NCBI GenBank assembly: GCA_951406725.2
Contig: OX597816.1
Coordinates: 744,001-808,000 of the forward strand
Reading direction: 5' to 3'
Length of the DNA: 64,000 nt
Source of the DNA: Octopus vulgaris
Lineage: Eukaryota
Below the pieces are notes generated by a model, which had not been told where the DNA came from, did not search any database, and saw nothing but the letters and a program-made list of their open reading frames with translations. Shown one piece after another: positions 39,091 through 51,890 of this stretch; the first letter of the stretch is position 1, and every line of letters starts with the position of its first letter. The translations under genes and the position numbers were made by a program.

Positions 39091-39439
39091 TATTAGAAAC
39101 AGAATCCACCCCCATATAGATTGTCCTTCTGGATTCTAAAGGCCAGAGGCAGCAATCACTTTTCCTCTATCTAATAGTCATGGCAAAAGAGGTTGATGAT
39201 ACACATGACTAAAGAAACTGAGAGTGAACACTTCCCTTTCCTACCATGGCACTCCAGTAATTCACTGGACTCTATACAAACATTACGATGCAGAACATGA
39301 TAACTATGCATGAACAGCTATGGTATATGGCAGTGAAACATATAAAAATAATAATAATAATTTGATCTTAAGTGATTGGAAGTGTTATGTACATTGTTTT
39401 GTTTTGATATAAAAGATGAGCTACAACAAATATTCTGCT

Positions 39440-40292
39440 CTATGGGCTGTGACTGCTGAGAACCTGTGTAGGCTTGTAAGAAATGAAGCTAGTATGCTCT
39501 GCTGGATGAGTAATGTCAGTGTGCATTCATGATAGTGTGTAAGTGTCTTGAGAGAAAAGTTGGACATAAGAAGCATCAGATGTGGTGTGCAAGAGAGATG
39601 ACTGTGCTGGTATGGTCATGTGTTACATATGGATTAGGATAGCTGTGTGAAGAAGTGTCACACTCTAATGGTAGAGGGAACCTGTGGGAGAGGTCGACCC
39701 AGGAAGACATGGGATGAGGTGGTGAAGCATGACCTTTGACTGTTAGGCCTCACAAAGGAAATGACAAGTGACAGAGACATTTGGCAATATGCTGTGCTTG
39801 AGAAGACCTGTCAAGCCAAGTGAGATCGTAGTTGTGGCCAATGCCAGTGTTGTGTGACTGGCCCGTTAAAAACACCCTTCAAATGTTAGGTGTCATGCTT
39901 TGCTTGTAAAGATCTTTTGAGCCCAGAGAAATCATAGCCATGGATGATGCCAGTGCTGTTTGACTGGCACCATGCTGGTGGCATGTAAAAGGCACTGTTC
40001 AAGTGTTGGGCCTCGTGGAGGCAGTGACAGGTGACCAAGACCTTTGGCAATACACTGTGCTTGTGTTGACCTGTTAAGCCAAGTGAGACCGTAGTCATGG
40101 TTGATGCTGGTGTCAGGTCAATGGCACCTGTGTCGGTGGCATGCAAAACCACCCACTACATTCTTGAAGGGCATCCAGCCATAGAAACCATACCAAATCT
40201 GATCGGAACCTGGTGCAATTCCCTGACTTAGCAGTTTTCAATCAAACCATCCAACCCATGCCAGCATGGAAAGTGGATGTTAAATGATGATG
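39440..40292 (+). mobile_element. Old RTE LINE fragment
   Basis: Homology to RTE ORF end, UTR and (GAT)n tail. Confidence 0.85.
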
Positions 40293-40394
40293 ATTGTTAT
40301 TATAATTATAATTATTATTATTATTACTATTATTTTCATATATAGACAACAGATTAGACTTATTATCATTATTATTATTATTATTATTATCATT

Positions 40395-41433
40395 ATGTGT
40401 ACGAACAGCTATGCTACATGGCAGTGAAACATGGGCCGTGACTGCTGAGGACATGCGTAAGCTCGTGAGGAACGAAGCCAGTATGCTCCGATGGATGTGT
40501 AATGTCAGTGTACTTACTCGACAGAGCGTTAGTACCTTGAGAGAAATGTTGTACCTAAGAAGCATCAGTTGTTGTGTGCAAGAGAGACGATTGCGCTGGT
40601 ATGGTCATGTGGCGAGAATGGATGAAGATAGGTGTGTGAGAAAGTGCCAATCCCTAGCAGTTGAGGGAACCCGTGGAAGAGGTAGACCCAGGAAAACCTG
40701 GGACGAGGTGGTGAAGCACGACCTTCGGACGTTAGGTCTCACCATGGAAATGACTAGAGACCGAGACCTATGGAAGTATGCTGTGCGTGAGAAGACCCGG
40801 CAAGACTAGTGAAGCCATAATCCGTGGCCCCTACCTGGGACGTAGTCAGTCCACCTGTGCATACCTTCCTTCTTGTGACACTTGTGAAGACCTGTTGAGG
40901 CAAGTGAGAATCGAATCGTATCAAATCAAATCGAACCAAATCAAAATAGATGAACATCAATGGAATTTGTATCCTTGTGGTACCAGTGCCGGTGGCACAT
41001 AAGAAAACCATCCGAACGTGACCGTAGCCAGTACCGCAATGACTGGCCTCCGTGCTGAGGGCACGTAACAAACACCATCCGAGCGTGGCCGTCCGCCAGC
41101 CTCGTCTGGCACCTGTGTCGGTGACACATAAGAAAACACCATCCGAGCGTGGCCGTCTGCCAGCCTCGTCTGGCACCTGTGTCGGTGGCACATAAAAAAC
41201 ACCATCCGAGCGTGGCCGTCTGCCAGCCTCGTCTGGCACCTGTGTCGGTGGCACATAAAATCACCCACTACACTCTCGGAGTGGTTGGCGTTAGGAAGGG
41301 CATCCAGCTGTAGAAACACTGCCAGATCTGACTGGCCTGGTGCAGCCTTCGGGCTTCCCAGACCCCAGTTGAACCGTCCAACCCATGCTAGCATGGAAAG
41401 CGGACGTTAAACGATGATGATGATGATGATGAT
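40395..41433 (+). mobile_element. Young 5'-truncated RTE LINE
   Basis: Open ORF 40411..40809 (HGSETW..ERRLRWYGHV..GRGRPRKTW); UTR; (GAT)n. Confidence 0.92.
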
Positions 41434-41447
41434 TATTATTATTATTA

Positions 41448-41499
<52 letters not shown>

Positions 41500-41500
<1 letters not shown>

Positions 41501-43690
41501 TCATATACCCTAAACAGCTTAGACTATTGGAAAAGAAAAATTACTAACATTGGGCTACAACAAGTGAAAGACATTTTACCCTCACTTTCCATAGTCTCTA
41601 TAATTAAAATGCCTTGGTCTTGGTACTTTGCTATTTTCTCTATACCTCCAATTTTGACTTTCTCATCATTTGGAGCTGTAAAGTTAATTACCTGGCACTT
41701 TCTATTCTCTTTATTTACGACTGCTAAATCAGGCCTTCTATCTTTTATTACTCTTTCTTTTATTACTCTAGCTTTTATTCTAGCTTTTATTACTCTATCA
41801 GTCTGAATGTTAAAGTCCCACATCTTGTACTTCTTACTTTCTAGCACTTTACTAGCTTCATGTTCATACCATTTATCAGTATGTTTAAATCCTAGCTTTC
41901 TACAAAGCTCCCAGTAGATACCTCTCCCTCGATTGTCATGTCTTTTCTTGTACTCTTTCTGTGCCAGCATGTTACATTCACTTATTATATGAGTAACACT
42001 TTCCTCTTTTGATTTACATAACCTACCTGGTTTTTGTCTATCTTGGCTTTTATCCAATTAGTCCTCAATGCTTGATCTTGTACTGTTGCTAACAAACTTT
42101 CTGTCTCCCTTTTCAGCCTTCCTTTCTGCAGCCTTAACTCTCACTACTACTATTTGATGCAATTATCTTTGGGAATCTACCATGCAAAGCCTTCCTTTGC
42201 CAGTCAGATAACCTTTCTTCTTTTTTCTGCTTTTTAACGTCATTCGGCTTTTTGGTTTCCCTATGTCCTACTGCGACTGAAGTAGCTCCTAATAAACTTC
42301 CTTTAATATTACCTACATAGGAGTCTGTATCTATTCTTATTTCTTTATTGCCCACAAGGGGCTAAACACAGAGGGGACAAACAAGGACAGACAAAGGGAT
42401 TAAGTCGATTACATCGACCCCAGTGCGTCACTGGTACTTAATTTATTGACCCCAAAAGGATGAAAGGCAAAGTCAACCTTGGCGGAATTTGAACTCAGAA
42501 TGCAGCAGCGGACGAAATACCACAAAGCATTTCGCCCGGCTTGCTAACGTTTCTGCCAGCTCGCCACCTTACTGTATCTATTCTAGCTAATCCATGCAGT
42601 CTTCCACTGATATTAACCCTCTGCCACCTTCCTTTCTAGGTAATTATAGTCTTACTACTCCAGCCTTTGGGTAGAGCCCCCCATTCACATTGAATTTCAT
42701 TCCAGTTCTTCTGTCTAGCTTCGTTAATTCAGATTTTGTCCAGTCTACAAAAGCTGCTGAGTATCTAAGTAATGACATTATCCAAGTATTTACAGCCTTC
42801 ATTAGATTTGAACCATTTAGCTTTGACTTCATTAGCTTCCTCACCCTTCTGATGTACTCCTTCTTGATTTTTGTTTTCATTTCTGTAGTTAGTACTCTGT
42901 CCGATTCTAATATTCTTAGATACTTATAACATAACTCTCTCCTCCTTTCAACAATTTTAATGTCTGGCAATTGGATGCCATCAGTGCTGGCTACATGTCC
43001 CTTTAAAATGACTAATATTGCAGATTTATCTATGCTAAATTCCATGCCTATATCTTCGTTGAAGAGTCTTCCAGTTTGTTTTAAGGAATCTATTCCTTTT
43101 TTATTCTTACTAAAAAGCTTCAGATCATCCATGTAGAGTGAAAGGTTAATTTTTCCTTTACTATTTCTAAACTGGTACCCTGCCTTTGCCTTCCTTAATA
43201 TTAAACTGAGGCAGATTAAACATAAGACAAATATTAAAGGGGATAACAAGTCCCCTTGGAAAATTCCTCTCTTGATATTAACTTTTGCTAAGGCTATGTC
43301 ACCTGAGTAGAGATCTACTTTCCATTTCTTCTAATTAATTCTTTTCTGCTATGCTGAATATTCTCAAACATTCACATATCCATAAGTGTGGAATCATGTC
43401 ATCGGATTTCTATGCCATTGTTAGATTTTCCCTTCTAGTTTTCACTTCATTTAGAACTGCTTTGTCTATGTATAATAGATTGAATGTTTCTCTAGCCTTC
43501 TTCCTGCAACCTTTCTGTTCTTCTGGCAGTCAAGGTGCTTGTAAATGCTTTCTGATAGCACTCTTGTCAACAGCTTTTACACTAATGGTAAGCAAATAAT
43601 TACCAGCTGTATTGCCCTTGCTTTTGTCATTCATAAGGAGCACTATTCTCCCTCTAGTCATCCAATCTGGTATTACCCCTCAGTTCAGGC
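41500..43690 (-). mobile_element. R4/Dong-like LINE relic (RT + CCHC + RLE) beside (TTA)n
   Basis: EEQKGC, GIFQGDLLSPL, YMDDLKL, ESVTHIISEC, WDFNIQTD, RRPDLAV, KIAKYQD. Confidence 0.9.
42338..42571 (-). mobile_element. Full-length tRNA-derived SINE with 13-bp TSD, inserted in the R4 relic
   Basis: A box TGGCAGAAACG, B box GAGTTCAAATTCC, core GCCTTTCATCCTTTTGGGGTC..AAGTACCAG; TSD CTGTATCTATTCT at 42325-42337 and 42572-42584. Confidence 0.92.
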
Positions 43691-44239
43691 ATCATCATCA
43701 TCATCATTATATGTTTGGCTTTTGCTTTGTATTTCCAAGTTTCACCCAAAAACCTCAAGAGACAACAAGCTAATTCAACTCGCTATTATGACTAGGGTAC
43801 CATATTTTTGGTTTTGCACAGAGTATTCTTCTAGAGAGTATCTGTCAAAACATAAGAAAATTAAAAGTTTGTTTTAAAAGTAATTGGATAAGATATTATT
43901 ATCATTATTATTATTAATATTATTATTATTATTATTATTATTCATATACACTCAACAGATTAGACTACAACAAGTTGTCTTATATGCCAAGAACCCTCCT
44001 ATCAGTTTGGCTTCATTAGAGTGTTCATATAAAACTCAGATGTTCTTTAAAATAATCTGAGAGGAATTTCATTGCTATTTCTCACACAGCAACTGATATG
44101 GTATAGAGTCTTGTTCTGTTGTGGCTTATTTAATCTGTTTTTCTTATATATATGTGCCTTTTACCAACAACAATATCTTTTCTGATTAAATCATTATTTT
44201 GGTTTGAGTCAGGTTCAGTCTTATTCCTGGTTGGATTTA

Positions 44240-45165
44240 TGTGGGTAGCAGGTTACTGCCTGTAACCTTAGGCATCCACAAGTTTTCAAAAGTCTTTCAA
44301 GTGCTCAGAACCCTCCTGATAATCCTTGCTGTCCCTAAGAGACAAACTTTCTGTAGGAGCTCTAAAGGACATTCTATTGCAGTCTTCTTCAGCCATTTGT
44401 CTATATCTTTGCTTACTGTTATTACTATCATTTTTATTATTTCTTTTTATTTCAGGTTTTGTTGGAACTCCTAGTCTTGCATTCATAGCAGGCTTACTGC
44501 CTGCAGTCTACAGTATCATGCTGTCTGTTCTTTTCAACTATCTAATATTTTCCTGATTATTCTGGCCATGTCAAGGAGGCAAACCTTTTGTAACAGTTCT
44601 ACTAGGCACTCTATTCCAATTGCCTTTATTTCTTCTAAGGACCCAAAAATTATTGGCACTATCTTTACTGTCTTCATTTTCCATAGCCAGGCTATTTTGT
44701 ACTTAAGAGGGATGTATTTATCTATTTTGTTGTCTTCCTTCTTGACTATTTGTAGGTCAAAGGGGCATGCAACATCAACTATATAGCACATGTAGTGCAT
44801 CTTGTTGACCACCATTAGGTCCAATCTGTTATGCTCTAGCACCTGATCTGTTTGGATTGGGGAAGCCCAGAGGATTTTGCAAGTTTCCAACCCTACCACT
44901 CTCTGCACTTTGTGCTCATACCACATCTTGCCTCTCCCTGGACCCAACTCTTTGCACAGTTTTCAATGTAGCACTTTCACTACCTATCATGTCACCACAA
45001 CTTGTAGTGGTGTGGGGCAAGTTTAGGGCATTCGTTCATGATATGGGCAATGGTTTTGTCCACTTTGCTCATTCCTCAGGTTGACCTTCCAATTTGTGGC
45101 CAAAGCTTGGTCTTGCACTACCAATATAGTGCTCTCACTCTCTTTTCTTGGTGTTCCTTTCTTTA
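44240..45165 (-). mobile_element. Two R4/Dong-like 3' relics
   Basis: ORF 44534..44947 KILW..IQTD..IVDVACPFD..KIDKY..IVPIIFG; second C-terminal fragment 44240-44405. Confidence 0.8.
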
Positions 45166-45380
45166 TTATTATTACACAATTAGGAATGTAGTATATAATT
45201 TTTAAAAACCCACAGATTGGATTTTGCTCATTGAACAATATTTTAAGGATGCACCTTATTGTTCAAGAAGCGAAGTCAATCTGTGTTTTTTCTCTTTTTG
45301 TTTTTTTAAAATTTTTATTGCATAAGATACTCTTATAATTATGTATTTACCTTTGTGAGGAGTTACATCAATCTTCATAA

Positions 45381-45426
<46 letters not shown>

Positions 45427-45810
45427 CACTTGAAAAGGTAAAATGAGATTGCAGAGAGAAGACCTGAAAGGAGAATGAGAGTAAGGAGCAAGGATCTGAA
45501 TGCATGGGTCTGCACCTTTGGATAGGTGAAGAACAACTAGGAGAGGGCACTTTTCATGGCAGTCAGGGTAACTTAGGTATTTGTGCTATTTCTAGGAGTA
45601 GTTCTTGGAAGTCTTCTTCACTTTTGATTTCTTCTTCTTTCATTATTTCTCTTTTTTTGCACACCTATGTAGTTTCATGCTGTATCAGCTTAAACCTTGT
45701 CCCTATAGTAGAAGGAATTATTATTATTTTTATTTATTTTATTTTATTTTATTTTATTTTATCTAGTTTCAGCTCACAAGCTGTGGCCATGCTGGGACAC
45801 CGCCATTATT

Positions 45811-45910
<100 letters not shown>

Positions 45911-46111
45911 GTAATAATGACATAATTAATAACACCCTTATTATTTATTTATTGTATTTGAGCAGTTCTAAGCAGTGCTGTTTTCCCCAAGTGCTCCACC
46001 CTTATTGCAACCCCTATTTGTTTCATGTACTTTTCAAGATTTTTACTCACTGTTCCCAGGACTCCAACAATTATTGCCACAACTATCACCTTTTTCATTG
46101 ACCACAACTGC

Positions 46112-46144
<33 letters not shown>

Positions 46145-47221
46145 GGTGACATATCATTGAAGAAAGCTTAAAGATTCACTTTTGTGACAATAATGTTGAT
46201 TAACCCTCTTAAACTACAAATAGGTCATGTAAGTAAAATAGTGAAGGATGTTTTTTTTTATATTGTATGTGTGTATTGAAAGACTTAAACATGCTGGAAG
46301 GCAGAAATAAATATATTCAACAAAATGTATAAGAATCAGGAAAAGAAATAGACATTCTGTAGAAAAATATAAAAGAAACTAATGAATCAAGAGAGAATGT
46401 TGTCAATAGTATGTTCCCTGTATCAAATATGTTAATACTAGCTTAACTGTTTAGTTTTTTTTTAATGCAGGTAATGTCTATAAATAATCTAAACTTTTAA
46501 ACAATAGTATATATGTACATACTTACATTGTTGTGTATGTACTCATAGTATATGCAAGTTTTTTAGTAGGTGAGGAAACAGGATAAGCAGGAAACATTGT
46601 ACATGATAAGGTGAACTTTGACATGCCAGTCTATTATGTTTATATGTAGAGACTAGAAAAGGTGACAAATATATAGATTCAGGGTAGAAGTACGTAAATC
46701 TAACACACATGAATATATACAATTCAGTTCCTGCTTCATTTCAGAAACTCTTGCACTGTAACTAAAAGTTTAGTCAGTAATAAAGACCAAGTCAACTTAG
46801 TTTTTGTTTGTCATAGAAGAGATTGAACTCAGCATCTCAAGTCCAAAAAACTCTTGTCAATATCCCAGGGCTGCTGTGGGTGACAGCTGAGTAGTGATGA
46901 CCACTGATGGCTAAATGTCTTCAACATAGACACAATGCACTATCACTGACAGGATTTGAACCAGCAACCCGTCCATATACTGTCTACTGCTTCAAGACCT
47001 TTGCATTCTGTGGTTCTTATAAATCAAAATGGAATTGGTAGACTAAAAGACATAACTATTCCATGGCTCTTATGGCATCTCTTACTTTTAAAGACATTCA
47101 TGAATTTGGTCTTCTTTTCATTTTTAGTTCACGGAACCAAATAGATGATAGCTATGATGTGAATGCTCCTTTCCTGGCCCCTTTAGCATAGCTGATTCAA
47201 ATATATATATATAGAAAGAGA

Positions 47222-47257
<36 letters not shown>

Positions 47258-47334
47258 AGAGAGAATAAGGAGGAGAAAAGAGCCTCAATATTTAACTGCT
47301 AATATAGTAATGAACTGAAGGAAAGAAAAATAAA

Positions 47335-47366
<32 letters not shown>

Positions 47367-47371
<5 letters not shown>

Positions 47372-47512
47372 GTTAGAAAGGGCATCCAGCCGTAGAAACT
47401 CAGCCAGACCAGACTGGAGCCTAGTGCAGCCACTGGCTTTCCAGACCTGTCAAACCATCCAACCCATGCCAGCATGGAAAACGGATGTTAATCGATGATG
47501 ATGATGATGATA
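47367..47512 (+). mobile_element. RTE 3' terminal fragment
   Basis: GGCGTTAG..CCAACCCATGCCAGCATGG followed by (GAT)n. Confidence 0.85.
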
Positions 47513-48123
47513 TACATACATACATATATACATACATATATATATGGTATTTTCTGTTGCTCCTTTGCCGTTCTAAAAAATAGCATTTGTAACACTTTAT
47601 CTCGTTCGGCTTAACAGCCCTTCTTGTCTTGTTATTCTCCTTGTCCTGTCTTTTACTGTTATATTTTGTACTGTCGTTACTGTCCTGTTTTTGTTACCAT
47701 TTTTACCCCTCCGCAAAAAGATCTCAAATTTTATTTAACTTGCTTTTCGCGGGAAGGAAAGTTTCTATCGAAGATGCGTATTGCCTTCACCTTCGAAATG
47801 CTGAGTAGATGAAACCATGGCGACTGAAGAAGGGGAATTTTCCTTGTATTATTTGTCCTGTACTCTATCTTTTCGTTTTTTAAGAAAAATGTCCAGTTCC
47901 TCGGTTTTGTGTTTGATTTCGTTTCTCATTGTGTTCGACGTTTTTTTGGTGTCTTGTACCCATGTATGCATGTATATATACATGTAGAGGTAGGTATGTA
48001 CATATATGTATGTATGTATGCATATGTTTTATTTATTAATTTATTATATATATATATCATCATCATCATCATCATCATTTAACGTCCGCTTAAACGATGA
48101 TGATGATGATATATATATATATA

Positions 48124-48293
48124 CTTTATTTAAAGCAGCAGAAAATTCAACAAAACCTGTTACTCTGAGTTTCACATTCCCGTTCGTCGGACAGTTTTTG
48201 CTAGACAGTTTTTCTAGCAAAAACTGTCTGACAAACGGGACGTGAAACTCAGAGTAACAGGTTTTGTTGAATTTTCTGCTGCTTTAAATAAAG
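48124..48293. ncRNA. Inverted repeat with a minimal type I hammerhead in each arm (48218-48266 plus; 48151-48200 minus)
   Basis: CAAAAACTGT-CTGACAA (other arm CCGACGA)-ACGGGACGT-GAAA-CTCAGA-GTA^-ACAGGTTTTG; arm consensus is canonical CTGACGA. Confidence 0.75.
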
Positions 48294-48362
48294 CATATTA
48301 CTCTACCACTGGTATTTGAGTACTCTTTTTTCCACCTTGTTTCACATTTATGTGTTTACTCT

Positions 48363-48417
<55 letters not shown>

Positions 48418-48643
48418 GTGTGTGTTAGTAGAGCTAGTGGTTGGAATAACCTTCTAAGGGATAAGAATATACGTTTTAACTACCGGTATAAATTACCAAT
48501 GTTAACCCCTGGCACAGATATGCAAATATATTATGCTCATAGGATACAGGCAATAACAAAATAAACAAGAGTTTATCAGGAATCAAATTTAAATTAAGCA
48601 GAAAATGGAGAAAATTTTCTCTATTTTCTATCTATCTATCTAT

Positions 48644-49168
<525 letters not shown>

Positions 49169-49271
49169 TATGTGACTGAAGTTTCCATTTATACATATTT
49201 ATATGCATTCATGTGTTTATGTGTGCTTGCATTTGTAATTCCTTCCCCCAGTACCATATAATGCATATAGC

Positions 49272-49303
<32 letters not shown>

Positions 49304-49542
49304 TAATAATAATAACCACAACAATACTAATAATAATAATGATAGTTAATAATTATATGAATTTATCATTATTATTATTATTATTATTATTTTATAATCA
49401 AAATAATAATAGCAATAATTACACACACATATACGCACAGGATGACACAGATAGAGTGAGGGGTGAAAATATTATAAGCATTGACTTATCCAAACGGAAT
49501 GTGATTCAGTCCTTGGTCCTCTGTTGCTGATTATACATACAC

Positions 49543-49625
<83 letters not shown>

Positions 49626-49627
<2 letters not shown>

Positions 49628-50005
49628 GCTTGCTTACGAACCACATGGTTCTGGGTCCAGTTCCACTGTGTGGCACCTTGGGCAAGTGTCTTCTACTATA
49701 GCCTCAGGCCAACCAAAGCCTTGTGAGTGGATTTAGTAGACGGAAACTGAAAGAAGCCCGTTGTATATATGTATATATATATGCATGTATGTCTGTGTTT
49801 GTCCCCCCAACATCGCTTGACAACCGATGCTGGTGTGTTTACGTCCCCGTAACTTAGCGGTTCAGCAAAAGAGACCGACAGAATAAGTACTAGGATTACA
49901 AAGAATAAGTCCTGGGGTCGATTTGCTCGACTAAAAGCGGTGCTCCAGCATGGTCACAGTCAAATGACTGAAATAAGTAAAAGAGTAAAAGAGAGTAAAA
50001 GAGTA
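49626..50005 (+). mobile_element. CORE-type SINE with (AAAAGAGT)n tail
   Basis: B-box-like GGGTCCAGTTCC, CCTTGGGCAAGT core, tail also seen at 7497-7551 and expanded at 62388-62464. Confidence 0.8.
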
Positions 50006-50022
50006 TATATATATATATATAT

Positions 50023-50308
50023 ACAATTGCAACGTGGAAGGTGTTTGTAAGCCATTTAAGAAACACACAAAAGCCGTTCGATTCACTTCAACATATAAGT
50101 TTAATTTGTCAAAATATTTTCGTCGCTAAAATCCGCGACCTGTTCACTGACAAAAATCCATGCTGCATCTCGGATTTTTGTCAGTGAACAGGTCGCGGAT
50201 TTTAGCGACGAAAATATTTTGACAAATTAAACTTATATGTTGAAGTGAATCGAACGGCTTTTGTGTGTTTCTTAAATGGCTTACAAACACCTTCCACACT
50301 GCAATTGT
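50023..50308. ncRNA. Palindrome with 126-bp perfect arms, each holding a variant hammerhead with G3-C8 core (50177-50226 plus; 50105-50154 minus)
   Basis: TTTGTCA-GTGAACA-G-GTCGC(GGATTTTA)GCGAC-GAAA-ATA-TTT^-TGACAAA; arms 50034-50159 and 50172-50297 are exact reverse complements. Confidence 0.7.
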
Positions 50309-51324
50309 TTTCGTTTCAGCACACGATCTCAGATCAAATTACTTGCTATGCGAGTACATCTCCGTAATATATATATATACTTATCTATCTATATCTATAT
50401 ATATATCTACCTATCTATCTACCTACCTACCTACCTACCTACCTACCTATCTACCTATTTATCTATCTATCTATCCATATATATATAAAGGGTAAAGACC
50501 CCTTTGGTCATGAATGACCATCTGATCACACCTAGAAAGTTCCCCTACAAGACACAAGTCCAGGGGTAAGGTTGTTTACAGAAGACCAGCAATCGCCCAT
50601 GCATACCAGCTCAGCCACCCTCTCCATGCCTTCAATATTATTCAAGGGAAAGGCAAAGGGGCCAATACAGCTTGGCACCAGTGACATTGCAACTCATTTC
50701 TACAGCTGGATTAACCAGAGTAATGTAAAATAGATAAATAAAAACATATATACATATGTATGTACATGAGTGTGTAGATTATGCACACGGATATACATTG
50801 CATGACGTGTAAACAAATCCTAAGCCATAAAATGTAGGCCACAAGCTGAGCAGTGCAGAATTGCAGAATTGTTAAAACAACAAATGTCAGGTAATGTGAA
50901 TACAATCAGCCAACAACACTGATAAATCATTTCCATAAAGATTCCACTGACAACAGAGGTCATACAGCGCAACGGGGGTTTTCCTAACCAACTGATGTCA
51001 TTCTCTACAATATGAGAGCAGCTTGCTGTCATATTCGTCACTGTAACAATTAGGAACAACAATACATTTATTATTGCTCTCTCTCATATTAATACACAGC
51101 CACGAATTTTAAAAACAAAGGCAGGATTAAGTTAACTGAATAAATATCGGTGTCAAACTGTAACTTATTATAATCGCTTTGGAAGAAAGGAAAATAAATT
51201 AATCCTGCTGGGATTTGAACTTGGATGTGTGTGTAAGGAATGTAACAAAAATGCTAAAAGACATCTAATTCAGCCTTGTATTCTATCGTTTCTGCCAATT
51301 CCTGGCACATAATAATATTAACAT

Positions 51325-51890
51325 TGGTTTTCAATTTTGGTGCAAAGCCAGCAATTTTGGGATGTATGTCAATTATATTGATCACAGTGCTCAACTGGTA
51401 TTTATTTTATCAACCCCGAAAGGATGAAAGATAAAGTTGACCAAAACAGGATTTGGAAGCAGAGCAGAAAGACAGACAAAATGTTACAAAGCCTTTTGCC
51501 TGGCATGTTAACAATTCTCTCAACTTTCTGCCTTCGTGATAATGTTAATAAAATTAAACATTTCAGGGAGAGCAGTGTGGTTAAAGCATTAAACATTGAT
51601 CAAGCAAAGATTTGAGAAAAGGTGTTCAGAGGCAATCACCTTTTAAAGGTGTAAACAGAACCCCATTAAGTTTAAGGTAGTAAGCTGGCAGAATCGTTAG
51701 CATGCCAGGTGTAATACTTAGCAGCATTTCATCTGTCTTTACGTTCTGAGTTCAAAATCTGCCAAGGTTGATTTTGCCTTTCATCCTTTCGGGGTTGATA
51801 AATTAAGTACCAGTGAAACACTGGGATCAATGTAATTGACTGGTCCCCTGCCCCAAAATTTCAGACTTTGTGCCTTTAGTAGAAAGGATC
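51325..51890. mobile_element. Two tRNA-SINE copies head to head (51325-51535 minus; 51673-51890 plus)
   Basis: Same head and core as 42338-42571 but a different tail (..CTTTGTGCC..). Confidence 0.8.

Noticed and set aside
40820-40910. Possible HDV-like ribozyme at the start of the RTE 3' UTR
   Set aside because: Only a CACTTG/CAAGTG hairpin is evident; I could not build the nested double pseudoknot
42480-42571. Possible tRNA gene
   Set aside because: A and B boxes belong to a SINE head; no cloverleaf or acceptor stem
50820-51062. 80-aa minus-strand ORF as a protein-coding gene
   Set aside because: No recognisable domain; only the splice acceptor is suggestive
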